This document shows positions 10,801 to 24,355 of a stretch of DNA of 64,000 nucleotides, one piece after another. Each line of letters begins with the position of its first letter. Positions within the stretch are counted from its first letter, which is position 1. The stretch is from contig OZ037768.1 in the NCBI GenBank assembly GCA_964035545.1, positions 24,151,319 to 24,215,318 of the forward strand. The letters run 5' to 3'. The position numbers and the translations under genes were made by a program. Under the pieces are notes generated by a model that saw nothing but the letters and a program-made list of their open reading frames with translations, had not been told where the DNA came from and did no database searches. The DNA is from Bugula neritina. Taxonomy: Eukaryota > Animalia > Bryozoa.

Positions 10801-13800
10801 AAAAGCAGGCATATTTACCGACGCCGACTATGTTCCAACCGATGTTACGGACAAACCTCAAAGAGTGACCAATGAGCAAAATAATCTAATTCAACTTAGC
10901 CAAGTTCATCTCAGCCAACTTTATTCCAGATTCCAATCTACAATCCAAGCACGCCTAGTACTTCTGGTTTATTGGCAGGGGCTACCTCTCAGGATACTTC
11001 TACTTCACTGGTGGTGGCTACCTCTAAGCAGCCTGTTACCCCTCAAGATGTTCTTCTCTTACCCAAAGCTGCTCTACGCAAAAATGGAGCACCCAGAAGA
11101 AAGCGGGTAAAGACCGCTACACTGATAGACACACCAGAGAAAGAAAGAATCGAGCAAGAATGAGCAGACAAGTTGAATAAAGGAAAGGAACGACCTAAGC
11201 GTAGGCCTATACAGAAAGAGCCAGAATCCTGCAGTGAAGATGAGCAGAACCATAGTTCCACTAGAGACAGACAGCGATTCGCAATCCGAGGCGGAAGCAG
11301 AAGAACAGGATGTGACAGATGTAGAAGAAGGGGCGTTTGTGGTGGCAAAATACAAAGGAAAACGTTCAACCATAAGTTTTGTTGGAATGGTGGTTGGCAA
11401 GGATGAAGGAGATTGGAGATTGGACTTTTACAAAAAGACTCCACAGGGCACATTCTCTAGGCCATCATAGCCAGACATATATACAGTGAAGGCTGAGCAA
11501 ATTTTTAGAGTGCTGGGGGCATCTGTCTCAACTGGAACAACTGTTCGAACTATAGGCTGTGTTAGTTTTGGCAACAAACTAAATGGCATGGGCTTTGAGT
11601 TAGTTTTCTTGATGCCTTTATTAAATAAAAATAATAGCCCCAAGCAGATTCGGTTTACTTCTTCGTCCATTCCCAGAGTCTAAACTCAAATAATCTCACT
11701 AAATTAAATGATGACTGGGGGCCTATGTTACAAACTTTGTATGTTTTTCTCAAACTAATATGCTGTTAATCATTACTTAGACCTAATGAAAATTAATAAA
11801 TTGAATTTATTTCAGTGATATGTTAGATGCCATAGTAATGAAATAGCGACCCAACTTGCCCCATTTTTTTTTTGGTGGTGACCCAACTTGCCCCTCATGC
11901 GGGGTAAGTTGGGTCAGAAGAAAGGTTTTACGGTATTATCTGTAGCTGACTCAATGTTGGTGTTGCCTCAAAATAAAATTGGGCTATCGCAGATAACATG
12001 TTAATCTATCTTTATGACAAACAGTTTGATATTTACATGCTTAGATCGGCCACAATATTAAAAAAACCAATTTTTGACCCAACTTACCCCGCCTTCCCCT
12101 ATAGTAAAGAACAATTGTTATTGTTGTTTTTACACTTTTGGTATTATTAATGTTCTCACTTTACAACATCAACAAGCAACTACCATAAAATTTAGTTCTT
12201 GTTATTTATTGGAGTTGTCATCTCAGGTTACTTCAATAACCCTCATACATCAACATAATATTATAAGCATATAAACAGCTGTGTTAAACATAAACACGCA
12301 AGCAATTTATCGCTTAGCCTAGGGCCACACGGTGCGTATTTTCGCATGCGAAAATTGAAATCACAAGTAGCAAAGGTGTCCACTGTGCGCGTTGAGAAAA
12401 CATTCGCACTTGTCGCTCAGCATTCTCAACGCAGGTGCGAATCGTCTCTGTCGTCGTCACCTAATTGACTGATAGTTATTCAGCGAGCCCAATTTCTTTG
12501 TTTTAGTGCTACATTCCAGTAAATTGCGTTTTATTGAAAGCGAGTGCGATTTAAAAATGAAAGCTTTATTTATCACGCATCATTGACGCTACAGTGGACA
12601 CCTTTGCTACTTGTGATTTCAATTTTCGCATGCGAAAATACGCACCGTGTGGCCCTAGGCTTAGTCTTGTAAATGATTACTATCTCAGATTTAAATTTTG
12701 AGTCTGTAAAACACAATTTATAACAGATTATTGTTAATTTTAGTTGCAGATGTAATACTGTTGTAAGTAATGAAATTTTAATGTCATTAAATGTGGTCAT
12801 TGCCTGTTGGTTGATGATAGTAGAGTTCTTAAAAAAGAAGATAACTCCTAAATTTTGGGTCAGTATAGCTTGACAGTTTTGATAGAATTTGAATTTAATT
12901 TAATTTATTAAATGTGAATCAAGTGCCTCAGCCTGGCTACTTTCTGATGTCCTTCTGGTATACTTACATTATGCTGTAAGTATACCGTATGCATACTGTA
13001 AGTATACTATAAGTGTATTGTAAGTATACCCTATGCATACTGTAAGTATACTGTAAGTGATGTACTGCAGGAGTAACTCTAGTAGAATGTAAGAGTGGAT
13101 ACGGCGTAGATTTTCAGTCTGAACTCAAATTACTGAGAGTGATAAACCGAGGGTTACGTGACCCTGAGGTGAAGAGTGACATCTCCGTGACGTATTGCGG
13201 GGCACACGCTGTACCCAGGTAATGGGAACTCTATCAGCTGAACTGTTCAACTGTGTAATTTTACTTGGGCAATGACAACTTTGTCTATTAGTAGATGCTG
13301 GTGTGGCGTTGTAGAAGCTAAGTTAATACCGACTATCAAAAGTATATGATTCGGTAGACTGTATTATTGGTTTCCTTTAGAGGGAAAACGGCCAAAGAAG
13401 CAACCGAAGACATTTTAACCAATCAGATTCCAAAGCTGAAAGAGCTTTGTGACAAAGGGGAACTCCATGTTGACAACATTGATGTCTTCTGTGAGAAAGG
13501 TAGCCGTCGACTTACATTTATGTTAATACTCAATAGCCCGACACTATTACTAGTTCCCATAGTAACGTCTGATTGATAGCGTGAAGGGTGTCTCTACTTG
13601 TAGGTGTGTTTGAAGTTGAAGATACTAAGGCTATACTCAAGGCTGGCCAATCAGCTGGCTGGAAACTGAACTTTCACGCTGAGGAGTTTGTCCGTCTGCA
13701 CTCTGTTGAGGTGAAGCCTTAGTGTGACCTTCACTTGTCCTTGACCTGCTTATTCTACTGAAAATGCATGCAAGAAATATGTTTTCTCTATCAGTTTTAA

Positions 13801-15436
13801 AGCCTCATTAATAAATTACCTACATAGTTTCAGCATTATTTCTACAGATCAACCAGAATGTAAAGAGAAACCCTTAATTTTATGACATTAAAGTTATAGC
13901 CAGTTGTACTTTGAATCGTAACTATTATTACAGGAAATGTTCAAGCTGTTTAAAAGGCTCCGTTGTAGCCTTAAACTTTACAGCAGATATGACTCAGCTT
14001 ATCGCTAAGTCTCAAATCTCAATACTGAACATATGTTTTGTCAAGTTCTTAGAAGTGGTTGAATGTGTCTAGATGGGGGCGGAACTCAACGCCACTGCAA
14101 TGAGTCACTTAGAGGAGATATCGGATGAGGGAATCCAGGCTATGGCGGAGAAGGGTTGTGTGGCCACTATTCTCCCCACCACAGCTTACCTGCTTCACCT
14201 GAAGCCACCTCCTGTGCGTAAGATGATAGAGGAGGGGGTGCCGGTGGCTCTGGGTACTGACTTCAACCCCAACGCCTACTGTCTCTCTATGGTTTGTGTT
14301 CTCATAATGGTGCAAGTGTTTGATTTTTTCAGACCAAAGCTAGCTTACTAAGCTTCAGGAGAGAATTGTTGATTTTATAGTGGGTAGTTTTACGTTATTT
14401 AGCATACACCAGTAAATTATAGCCAACAAGTCAAATTGATCCAAAATTGGTAAAAATCTGCTGCTTGGGGTATATCCATGTGCGGATTTCAAATATGTAT
14501 GAAAACAGACTGAGGACAGACTACAGCATAAACTGCTAATTTCTAACAAAAACGCCGGCCAATTTTTAACAGACTTATATTAATCCCAGCAGGTGAAAAC
14601 CTTGGTAGAGTTTGGGTTTAATTTGAAAGATTAACAAGTCTACACTAATTTTATGATTGCATACTAAATTTCACAAAACTATATAGATTAGAGTATTTTA
14701 GATATTTAAATGCAGTCCGCTATCTAACAGTATACATCACTAAAACTTGTGTTTTTTTGACAAATAATTTTAAAATAATTATGTGGATTCATTTGTTAAC
14801 ATAGCACTAGTTCAAAGCAAAAAAATATATAATAGCAACTAATTTATAAAGAAGGCAAAAAAGGAATAAATTCAGTGTGTACTAGGTGAGGTGATTTTAT
14901 TAGAGTAATCTATGTATGCGTCTGCTTTTTTCAGCCGTTTGTTATGAACTTAGCCTGTGTTACTATGGGTATGACAATGAACGAGGCGCTGGCTGCCGCC
15001 ACCCTCAACTCTGCTGCCAGCCTCAATATGTCCTCCACTCACGGCTCTATTGAAGTGGGCAAAGTTGCTGATGCTGTGATTGTTGATTCTCCAAGGTGTT
15101 TATATACTCTGTATACTGTGTATTACTGTGTATTACTGTGTACTATACAGATATATATACTCTGTATACTGTGTATTACTGTGTACTATACATGTATATA
15201 TATATATACTCTGTATTACTGTGTACTATATGTGTATATATATACTCACTGTGTACTATACCTATATATATATACTCTGTATACTGTGTACTATACGTGT
15301 GTATATATATATACACTCTCTGTATTACTATACTGTACACTGCAGGTGGGAGCACCTCGTATACCAGATGGGCTCTACTCAACCTACAATAAAACATGTT
15401 ATCAAGTCTGGACAATTTGTCTATTCCAGGGAGTAA
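7844..15436 (+). CDS. AMDHD1: Imidazolonepropionase (HutI, amidohydrolase domain-containing protein 1), 10 exons
   Basis: Exons 7844-8001, 8463-8566, 8879-8943, 9382-9517, 13071-13218, 13381-13499, 13604-13710, 14073-14291, 14935-15095, 15346-15436. Motifs [82 protein letters not shown]. Confidence 0.96.
9090..9345 (-). mobile_element. tRNA-derived SINE (degenerate) in AMDHD1 intron 3; 3' boundary approximate
   Basis: Minus strand GTCCCTGTGGTGTAAGGGTTAGCACGCTAGATGTGCAAGTCGGAGGTCCAGGGTTAGAATCCCAGTGGGGCA has an A-box and a degenerate B-box (GGTTAGAATCC); the acceptor and anticodon stems pair poorly. Confidence 0.6.
9520..9965. repeat. 21-bp minisatellite, ~21 copies, starting at the AMDHD1 intron 4 donor
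   Basis: Unit AAATGATTTCATTTGACTTAG; the first copy overlaps the donor CAG|GTGAGCTCATTAGACTTAG. Confidence 0.95.
10029..12099 (+). mobile_element. pogo/Tigger-like (Tc1/mariner superfamily) non-autonomous deletion derivative
   Basis: TIRs GGGGAAGG(T/C)GGGGTAAGTTGGGTCAA with TA TSD (10027-28, 12100-01) and multiple subterminal GGGGCAAGTTGGGTC repeats. DDE_1 remnant ILDN..SH...[26 protein letters not shown] and [13 protein letters not shown], with stops; N-terminus missing. Confidence 0.9.
12317..12660. mobile_element. PIF/Harbinger (Tourist-like) MITE, 344 bp
   Basis: ~70-bp perfect TIRs GCCTAGGGCCACACGGTGCGTATTTTCGCATGCG...; TTA target-site duplication at 12314-16 and 12661-63. Confidence 0.9.
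15096..15345. repeat. Low-complexity TA/TG repeat filling the last AMDHD1 intron from donor to acceptor
   Basis: Recurrent ATATACTCTGTAT(T)ACTGTGTACTATA units. Confidence 0.85.
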
Positions 15437-16752
15437 TCCCCCCTTAGTATACCATTTGTTGGTTTGTGTGTTGAATTTCTTATTCTTACTGTTGGCTTTT
15501 ATATCTGCATTGTACTGAGTTATAATATTTTACCTATGTCTGGCAGCTAGTGGATTTAAAGTTGTTTTTTGCATAATATTACACATACTTTGTTATTCTA
15601 ATAAATTGTGTTGAAAATATACTAATTATCTGTTTAATATTTGTTTCTTTAATCAAGTTTTTAATAAATTTTTAATAAAATGAGTTAGTCCCAACCCCCT
15701 TCAGCTCACCTCTACACCCCTGCTAGTCCAACCCCCTCCAGCTCATCTCTGCACCCCTGCTAGGACTACTACAACAGAGTTATATATTCAAGTGAAATTC
15801 TTTGTTTCTGTACTTAGTAGCATATCGTTAGTAGAATTGCAAGTCAGCTAGGCAAGTTTCCATATGTTGTTAACCTATAACTTCCCTTTATAGTTCATTA
15901 GTGCATGATGGAGTATGGTAAATAATTATATATTATAGCAATATGGGCAAAAACTCTTCCATAATATTTTACTTAGTATTATCTGATCAACAAAAATAAT
16001 CTCCAATATGTATCATAATCAGCTACATTGATATGATTAAGCTTTCTTCAACCAGTCAGCTTGCAGGACTGTGACTAACAACAGATAGCAGAAAGATAAT
16101 GTAGAGAATTATCTCCCCTCCTGGAGGTCTAGTTGATTAGTGAACATTTTATTATTAGTGCTGATCTAACAGAAAATTGTATATATGTTTGATGTAAAAT
16201 GAACATCCAATAGTTACAGTTAGTTAAACTTAGAAGTAGCACAAAACTATCTTAATTATAGAAGTATTAACTTTGTATCAACCACATTAGGCTAATTAGA
16301 CAATAATAGTGTGTAATTATCATGCTTCATGCAATAAAACACCAGTATGCTATTAAATAGTTAGCTACAACAATGTAACAATTCATACTATTGTGCTTTA
16401 GCAACAGTGTAACAATTAATACAAACGTGCTATAACAAAATCCTAGAGATTTCAGTAGAGATTAAAACTAATAGTAAAAATAAAACGGGTGGAAAACCAC
16501 AAAAATTCTCTTGCTGTATAAAACACACTGTGCGTAGTGACAGCACCTCAAAAATGGGGTAAATATAAATATTCAACAGTCAGTCGGCATTTTGTTAGTA
16601 AAAGAACAGCATACGTAATGTGAATAAATGTGAATATAACAGTAAAACAATATACTATATATAACAATAGAACAACCAGGTATCACAATTGATGATAGTA
16701 CTTTCGACAAACTCTAGTTAAAGTAGTTGGGTGAAGGAAGAAGCCATAGTGC

Positions 16753-18413
16753 TTATGGCAAGTCAATAATTTGCCGATATTCTTTCTTGATGGAAGTTCC
16801 ACCAAACATAACCGTTTTAGGTTTATTGACAGTGATAGCTACAGCTCCCTTTTCCAGCTGCAAAAACACGTATCCAGAGCTAAACACAAACAACTAACAG
16901 GTTTAAGTGAAATTTAGTTAGAGTAAGTGATGTGTACACCACTATAGCAAATATACCCACTGAGCAGGCAAACACTCAACATTGTCCAATATAATTATAG
17001 TTGTACAAACATGAATTGTGGGAATGCTATTACATAGCCCTAGGCCCTAGACAGTTTACCTTAGCCTTGGGTTCCCCGGTTATGTCGGCAGGTAAATTCT
17101 GTATAACGCATTTCATAGTTGGTTTGCCATCAGTTTCTATCCAAAACTTGAAAGATCTAAAACCACACAAATAGAGCTCTTTAGTGGCTAAAGAATTAAA
17201 GAATTGAAAAAGAGCAGCTGTGGCAGCTAGCAGTCTGTAGAGTTTTTAGAGATTTCATACCTATCTGCAGACACACACATATGTAGATGCGTATACACAT
17301 ATCCGTAGGCATGTCTACACATATCTGTAGACATGTCTATAGATATCTGTAGACATGTCTACACATATGTGTAGATATGTCTATAGATATGTGTAGATAT
17401 GTCTATAGATATGTGTAGATATGTCTATAGATATGTGTAGATATGTATACACATATCTGTAGACATGTGTACACATATCAATCGTAGCATGAGAAATAGA
17501 CAGAATTAAATTCTAACATTACAGCAATGCGCAGTATTTAATATTTAATAAAAGATGTTAGCTAAAGATTCAGTACTTAAAAGTACCTACAGAATACTAA
17601 ATCAGTGACTGTGAGGAATTTCGATACCGACTGAAACTTTAAACACATAGACTTATGGTATTTACAGCTTTTGATTTGGTAAAGGATGAAAACAACATAT
17701 ATTATTTTATATCTTAGTATTTGATACAGGAATGTATTCAGGTAGTTCCCCCTCTTGATTAGTATAACAATAGTGTGCATACCTAGCATCAATTCCTTCC
17801 ACTTTAAATACTCCCCCAACAGGGGCTTTAGACTTGACTTCCAGATCTTCAATCTTTATTACAAAGGTGCACTCTTTCTTATTGTCTTTGATTAGAACAG
17901 TGCCTACGGTCCCTGCAATTGCATAGTGTGAATAGAACTGGTGAACATGAAACTTTTTTTGTTTATACATGTTAGACTTTACAATACTTCAGAAGAAGGT
18001 TTCAATTAAAGACTACAAAATAGCAAACATCTACAGAATATATTTTTTATGATATAATGATATAAATAACACCAACTTTATTCAAATGACACGCAGGTTA
18101 ATGTATAACTTACAGTTAAGTTATAGTATAGCTTATAGCTTATAGTTAAGTTAGAGTATAACATACAATTTTTATAACTTATAACTTGCACTAATACTAA
18201 GTACTAGTACAGGACTACCAATAGTAGTAACTGTAAAAATTAGAGCACTGAATAGACAGAATAGTAAGTCACTGAATAGTCACAGTGCTACTGAAACTTT
18301 CACTTTCAGTGCAAGTGAAACTGAATAGTTTCAAATTTCAATTTATCAGCCTTACCATATCCTGTTTTTGGAGCAGCCAGCAACAAAATTGCATCAGTTG
18401 ATGCTGCAGCCAT
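16753..18413 (-). CDS. Uncharacterised 129-aa protein, probable CS/p23/HSP20-like beta-sandwich, 4 exons
   Basis: Exons 18413-18356, 17912-17783, 17156-17060 and 16857-16753 join in frame: MAAASTDAILLLAAPKTGYGTVGTVLIKDNKKECTFVIKIEDLEVKSKAPVGGVFKVEGIDARSFKFWIETDGKPTMKCVIQNLPADITGEPKAKLEKGAVAITVNKPKTVMFGGTSIKKEYRQIIDLP*. The LP.dI...k.ekG.v.Itv.K pattern suggests an HSP20/CS fold (inference). Confidence 0.75.
17262..17478. repeat. ~22-bp quasi-palindromic minisatellite in intron 2 of the CS-like gene
   Basis: Units like TCTATAGATATGTGTAGATATG / TCTACACATATCTGTAGACATG. Confidence 0.85.
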
Positions 18414-18911
18414 TATTATCTAGGTAAAATAAGAATGCAGTTTAAAAAAATTTTAAGAATTTTTTATCAGGTGAAGCCACATAAACTTATTATGTATCAA
18501 AATGTACTGATATTCGTGTAAATTAAATTTTAATAACTAAAAAGGAGTCGTGCTACTAGGAAGCAATAGTTTAGCACGCGCACCTGAGCAACAGAAGTTC
18601 GAAGCTTTAGCTTTGTGTAAGACACACGCAAGAACTTAAACCAGAATGTGAAGGTGCCTAAAGATTTTAGCTAATTTTAACGAGCCCGTTTTACAGTTAG
18701 GTTAATATAATACCTGGAACCTTGGTCGACGTTCATATAAATAGTAGCCAATTGTGTCCAAATTAACTAAGGAATCAATTTATGTTTGTGACTGTTTCCG
18801 TTTTAAAAACAATATAATAAGTTACACCGAACCTATCCAGCTTTCTCCTCTTAGCTTATTAATTACTGATTTAAGAAGTTTGTAAAGTAAAAACGTAATG
18901 GTAAAGTAACA

Positions 18912-21900
18912 ATGGGAGCTTTTTTAGGAAGTGCAGTGTTTAGTGCAGCTGTCTTCTTTTATTGTTTGGGCCTAATATTTGCTGTGGTTGGTTACATCGG
19001 CGATTGGCTAGAGCCAAGAAATGTCAATAGCGACATTTTGAGCGTGGGGATACGTGAAGTTTGCTTTGAAAAATATACTTTTGAAACTGATTCTCGTATA
19101 GAAAAAGAAATATATGATGGCTGTTATGATTCTACAAAGACTAGTGAATGGTTTGCTGATATTCCTTCGGAATATGTGAGGCCTAGTAAGTTATACTTAT
19201 AAGATTAAGTTATAATTATTATATTTATTACTATTAGTATTAGTGTTCCCTAGGTGCAAATATAAGCTTAAGTTTAAGTTTAGACTATTAACTTTAAATT
19301 TACTATTAGTTAATAGTCATTTTCATAAAATACAAAGCATCAGTATTTTGAAACCAATGCTTGTGGTAAATACTAATCTGCATTTTGTGATCGAACTCTG
19401 TTAACGTAGTGTTACATAATCATAATGATAATCACGATGAATAGGTTTATCATTATGATAATTGATATATTGTTGTAAAACTAAATACTGAATAGCGTTT
19501 TATATTTTCAATACTGTTTGGATTGTAGTTAGGACTATGATTGTTTTTTCTCATTTCTGTACTCATGATCCAGCTGTGATAATCATAATTATAAATAGAT
19601 ATCTTAGTCACACTCCGTGTGGTAACTGTTAGTGTTATCATTTGTTAATGGTCATTGATGAAACAAAAATATTTGACCTAATGGGTAATTAATACTTCAT
19701 CGGTATAAAATTTTGAGGAATTTTATGTTAATTTCTTATAGCATGTAGTTAGTAATTAATTACGCTTTTAAAATTTTTATCACAAGTTTGTTATCACCCA
19801 GTGTTATTTATTTATTTGCATTTCAACTTAAAATTGCACCTTCTATCTTTTTTAAATTAAGGTTGTATTAGTTTTTGTACATTCAAAACTTTAGTTTTGT
19901 GCCATCTTACAAGATTTATTAAACAGAAATTGATTTCCATTTTTACTTTGAAATAATTCTTGTGAGACTCAGTAGAATATATGAGTTCAGGTTCAGGTTT
20001 TAGCTGCCAACTAGGTTGAAGTGTATGTATCTTGCAGGTTGGTACACCATGATACAGGACATGTATCTCGCTAGCCTCATTCTGATATTTCTCACCCTGA
20101 TTATTGTCATCGGTTTCCTCATCTCCTACTGCACCCTCAAGCAGCAGATCAAGAAGCGGCAACGGCCTTCCAGCACTCTCATCCTCTCCAAGGCTGTCCT
20201 GGCACTCTGGTTTATTCTAGCAGCTGTTGCAGGTTTCAAAACTGTTTAATTGCTGATTAATTTGTTTGAGAAATTTTAAAAAAATATCTTTTTAATCATT
20301 TCAAATTATTTTCATTTTTTTATCTGTTCGGCAATAAACCGGTTGTTAGTTAAGGGTGAGAAGCTGAAATTTGTTTAGTTCTCTAATTGATGTTTTAAAG
20401 TTAATTGAACATTAAACTGTATTTAATTTGGACTTTAAAATCTAATATTTATACTCTGAAAACTACATGGTTGATGGTTGGATAAAGTTGAAGTAACATG
20501 GTTGTCTATATTAACATTACTATAGCTGTCCATAATAAAGTGTACACCCATTATACTTCCCCGAGCAGGTGTTATGCTAATAGTGGGACCCACTATATTT
20601 CACCAGAACTATAAAGACTCGGGCACCGTAGCAGATGACACTGTTGAGTTCAAGTATGGCTTATTCGAAACAGACAGTCTCCAGTTCAAATACGGTCCCG
20701 GCTTTGCTATCACCATTGTGGGCGGGGCTAGTCTACTCATCTCCACAGTCCTAGAGTTCGTAGTCTTCCTCACTATTGTGAGAAAGATGCACCGTTTTTC
20801 AACCGGTGACGCAAAGGTAATTTGAATGTCTTCAATCTCGAGAGCACAACTCCTAGTCTGTTCTCACTGTGGTAGACAGAATTTTTTATTACCATTGTTG
20901 CCACTGCATTGTCTAAAATCATTTCTTTTGATCAAGTAACTGTGACCTATCCCTTCTCATTTACTTCTTATGGCTTTAAAACGTGCCATTTTGTTGAGTG
21001 CATACCTGTTTTTATGTCTATACTCTGTCATGTTGTGCTTTTGAGTAAACACATTGTCTTTTTTTATTTTGCAGATGGTGTTCACGGTGAGTTTCAATTC
21101 ATAACATGCGTTTGGTAAAAATATAATGATTTATAAAACAATTTGATAAAGGTGTGGGTTGTCTGCCCATTCTGTCTCTAGGATAATAGTATTTTATCTA
21201 AAAGTAGAGAGCACAACTTCAAATATTCTGTCTAACTCTAAAATAATGCTATGTTTTAGTCATCCACACATATTGTTGTAAGTAATAATTTATCCTCACA
21301 TACACAACGTTGTGCTTTCTTATAATATTATTCTGCGTTCTTATTTATGATTTTTATTCGCATCTTCAATGCTTGTACTTTGAGCTCTGGCAGGTTTATA
21401 TTATCATTCTTGAAATGTGTTAAAGTTTGGACTATCAGTTTAGTGAAATAGGTGTAGTTCTTAATAATATCAGGTAAGAGAGTAGGAAGAGGGTCTAATG
21501 CAACCCTTTCTTCTGTACTAATAAATAAATCAACTGCACAGTTTTTTAATTGGTGTGACTTCATAGCTTCTAGCTAATCTATAAACCCCTTCCTTTAGAC
21601 TGTTCCGTGGTCAGTAGTGTTTTCAGAGCACAGTGTTTAGAGCACAGTGTTTAGAGCACAGTGTTTAGAGCACAGTGTTTAGAGCACAGTGTTTAGAGCA
21701 CAGTGTTTAGAGCACAGTGTTTAGAGCACAGTGTTTAGAGCACAGTGTTTAGAGCGTGTCACAGGAAGTTGAAGTTGTGGCACCACTCGCTTCTCTCTTA
21801 GAAGTAAACGTTCAGATCTGCACACAACAGTTTAGTTTAATTTACAATTCTTTTAGTAGCTGCTTTTTGAGGTTAGGATAGCCAGTGTCCTGCATTTTTG

Positions 21901-23670
21901 GCCTTTGTTTATATGTCCATTTATGTAATAGGATGAGTTTGCTAACATTGATGCTGATGGGACAGAAATGGAGAGATTATCCAATGAGGAGCTAGATAAC
22001 ATTGATGATGAAAATTCTACTCAAGTTACTGTAAAGAAGGCATATCCTGTAGCTGCACCACGAAAACAACTCCCCAGGTAATCATGGCTGTTGAATCAAC
22101 TCCCCAGGTAGTCACAGTCACGCCTTGCTCAGTCTCACTCTCAAAGTGACTAAGAGTCATACTCATTACCAAGATTATGTTAGTCACTCACTCTCAAACT
22201 GACTCATAGAAATGACTGACTAATGAGTCGAATGAAGTGTTGTCTGTTTTGTTAGTTGGGTCAGAACTCTGTAGTCTTAATCAGCCATAGAGTGACTTCA
22301 CTTACTAACTTTCTCTCTTTATGTTATGTTATCAATGTGAAGACAGTTATAGTAACTCAGTGGCAATGCATTACTTAGCCAAGTGTGAGTATTCAGTTGG
22401 AACTAACTCTACTATAGAGTATACTGCATGAATGTTTGTCTGTCCACTAGTGAGCATCCACAAGATCAATCCTATCAAAACATTTCAAAATCTAAAGATG
22501 CAGCGGCTGACACGGAGCGAGTAGACGAAGGAGGTCAGTCGTACCAGAATATTCCGCGACCTCGTCCAAAGTCTGCTGCAGCTCCACAACCAGCCAAACG
22601 GTTGTCTCTGCATGGGCCACCCAAGGTGTGCTCCTTATACGTTATACTTACACAGTTATACGTTATACTTACACAGTTATACGTTATACTTACACAGTTA
22701 TACGTTATACTTACACAGTTATACGTTATACTTACACAGTTATATGTTATACTTACACAGTTATACGCTATACTTACACAGTTATACGTTATACTTACAC
22801 AGTTATATGTTATACTTACACAGTTATATGTTATACTTACATAGTTATATGTTATACTTACACAGTTATACGTTATACTTACACAGTTATATGTTATACT
22901 TACATAGTTATATGTTATACTTACATAGTTATATGTTATACTTACACAGTTATATGTTATACATACACAGTTATATATTATACTTACTCAGTTATATGTT
23001 ATACATACACAGTTATATGTTATACTTACACAGTTATATGTTATACATACACAGTTATATGTTATACTTACACAGTTATATGTTATACTTACACAGTTAT
23101 ATGTTATACATACACAGTTATATGTTATACTTACACAGTTATATGTTATACTTACACAGTTATATGTTATACATACACAGTTATATATTATACTTACTCA
23201 GTTATATGTTATACTTACTCAGTTATATGTTATACTTACTCAGTTATATGTTATACTTACACAGTTATACATTGTACTTACACATGTATATATTATACTT
23301 ACAGGGAAACGGTGGAACTGATTCTTCTCATGGTTACAAACCAGACTATTATTCAGAGTCCAAAGAGAGAAGCATAGCCCCAGGATCTAGGAGTATAGCT
23401 GGTGAATCTATGGCATCTACAGCATACCCCCCCTCCACAGCATACGCCCCATCTAATGCGTCTCCCTCACTAGCTGGCCGTAGCTATAGCAGGTTACAGC
23501 ACAGTGACACAGAGTCTGTGCGAAGTGGTAATAGAAACGTTACTGTAGCCAGGTCTGCTGCAGGAGGGGACAACTCATCTATGGCTAGCAGCAGTGTCCC
23601 CCCTCCAACTGTTATACAACCTGGTAGAACTTCAACTAACAAACACAGTAGATATGCTGCTATGTATTGA
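18912..23670 (+). CDS. Claudin/PMP22-family tetraspan membrane protein with long Ser/Pro-rich cytoplasmic tail (~471 aa, 7 exons incl. 12-nt microexon)
   Basis: Exons 18912-19185, 20038-20232, 20569-20816, 21075-21086, 21932-22077, 22451-22625 and 23305-23670 are all phase-compatible. Four hydrophobic segments; loop 1 has W..(S)VGIREVCF...C (variant of W-GLW-C-C); YG.GF precedes TM4. Confidence 0.8.
21625..21755. repeat. 14-bp perfect tandem repeat, ~9 copies
   Basis: Unit AGAGCACAGTGTTT. Confidence 0.95.
22635..23304. repeat. 21-bp minisatellite, ~32 copies, filling the last claudin-like intron
   Basis: Unit TTATACTTACACAGTTATA(C/T)G; the last copy forms the acceptor TTATACTTACAG|G. Confidence 0.95.
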
Positions 23671-24355
23671 TTCAGTCACGGCATACCAGCTATAATCTGC
23701 CATATATTACATCTCACAGCTCACCCTGGAATCACTCTATCAGATGATGTAGAGGAGTGTGTTGGACAGGACTACCTCTAGTCAGTACTATCACATGTTT
23801 TATCCAATCAAACATCAGCTGTGTGGAAATTATCTCACCTTGCATGGTTTCATTCCGTACTGACAACCTTTACATATAATTACTTTTTGGTAATTAGACA
23901 GAAACAGTGCCCTCTAACACATTCCATGTTACACTAATTATTTTGAAAGAATTGAACTATATTTTTACTCCTTGAATTTTTCTGCAATGTTAATCTCTGT
24001 TTTGATTCACTGTGGTGGGTACTTAGGATCTTAGAATATTTTACTTACTGTGAACAAGTTTTTGTACTTTTGATTTTTTTCAAGTAGTTAGAAATTTTTA
24101 TATAACCGTTTATTATTATATTACTATATTATTATTTTACTAAACACAATATTGTAGTCTTAACAATGTAGTGAAGAAATAAAATGGGAAGACATTGTCC
24201 ATGAAATTTTCAACACTATATTTTATATAAAAATAACTACACATCCATAGCATATTTACAAAACTGAATCAGAACTCCCTTCCTTCACATGGAGAGAGAG
24301 AAATGAGTCACAAGACGATGTTATAAATAGACATTCCCTAACTGTAATGCAGATA

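Noticed and set aside
10673-11683. Several short ORFs as host genes
   Set aside because: They lie between the pogo TIRs and are broken transposase C-terminal remnants.
21932-23670. Separate gene downstream of the claudin-like ORF
   Set aside because: No independent start exon evident; a good donor at 20816 and matching phases join it to the claudin-like gene.
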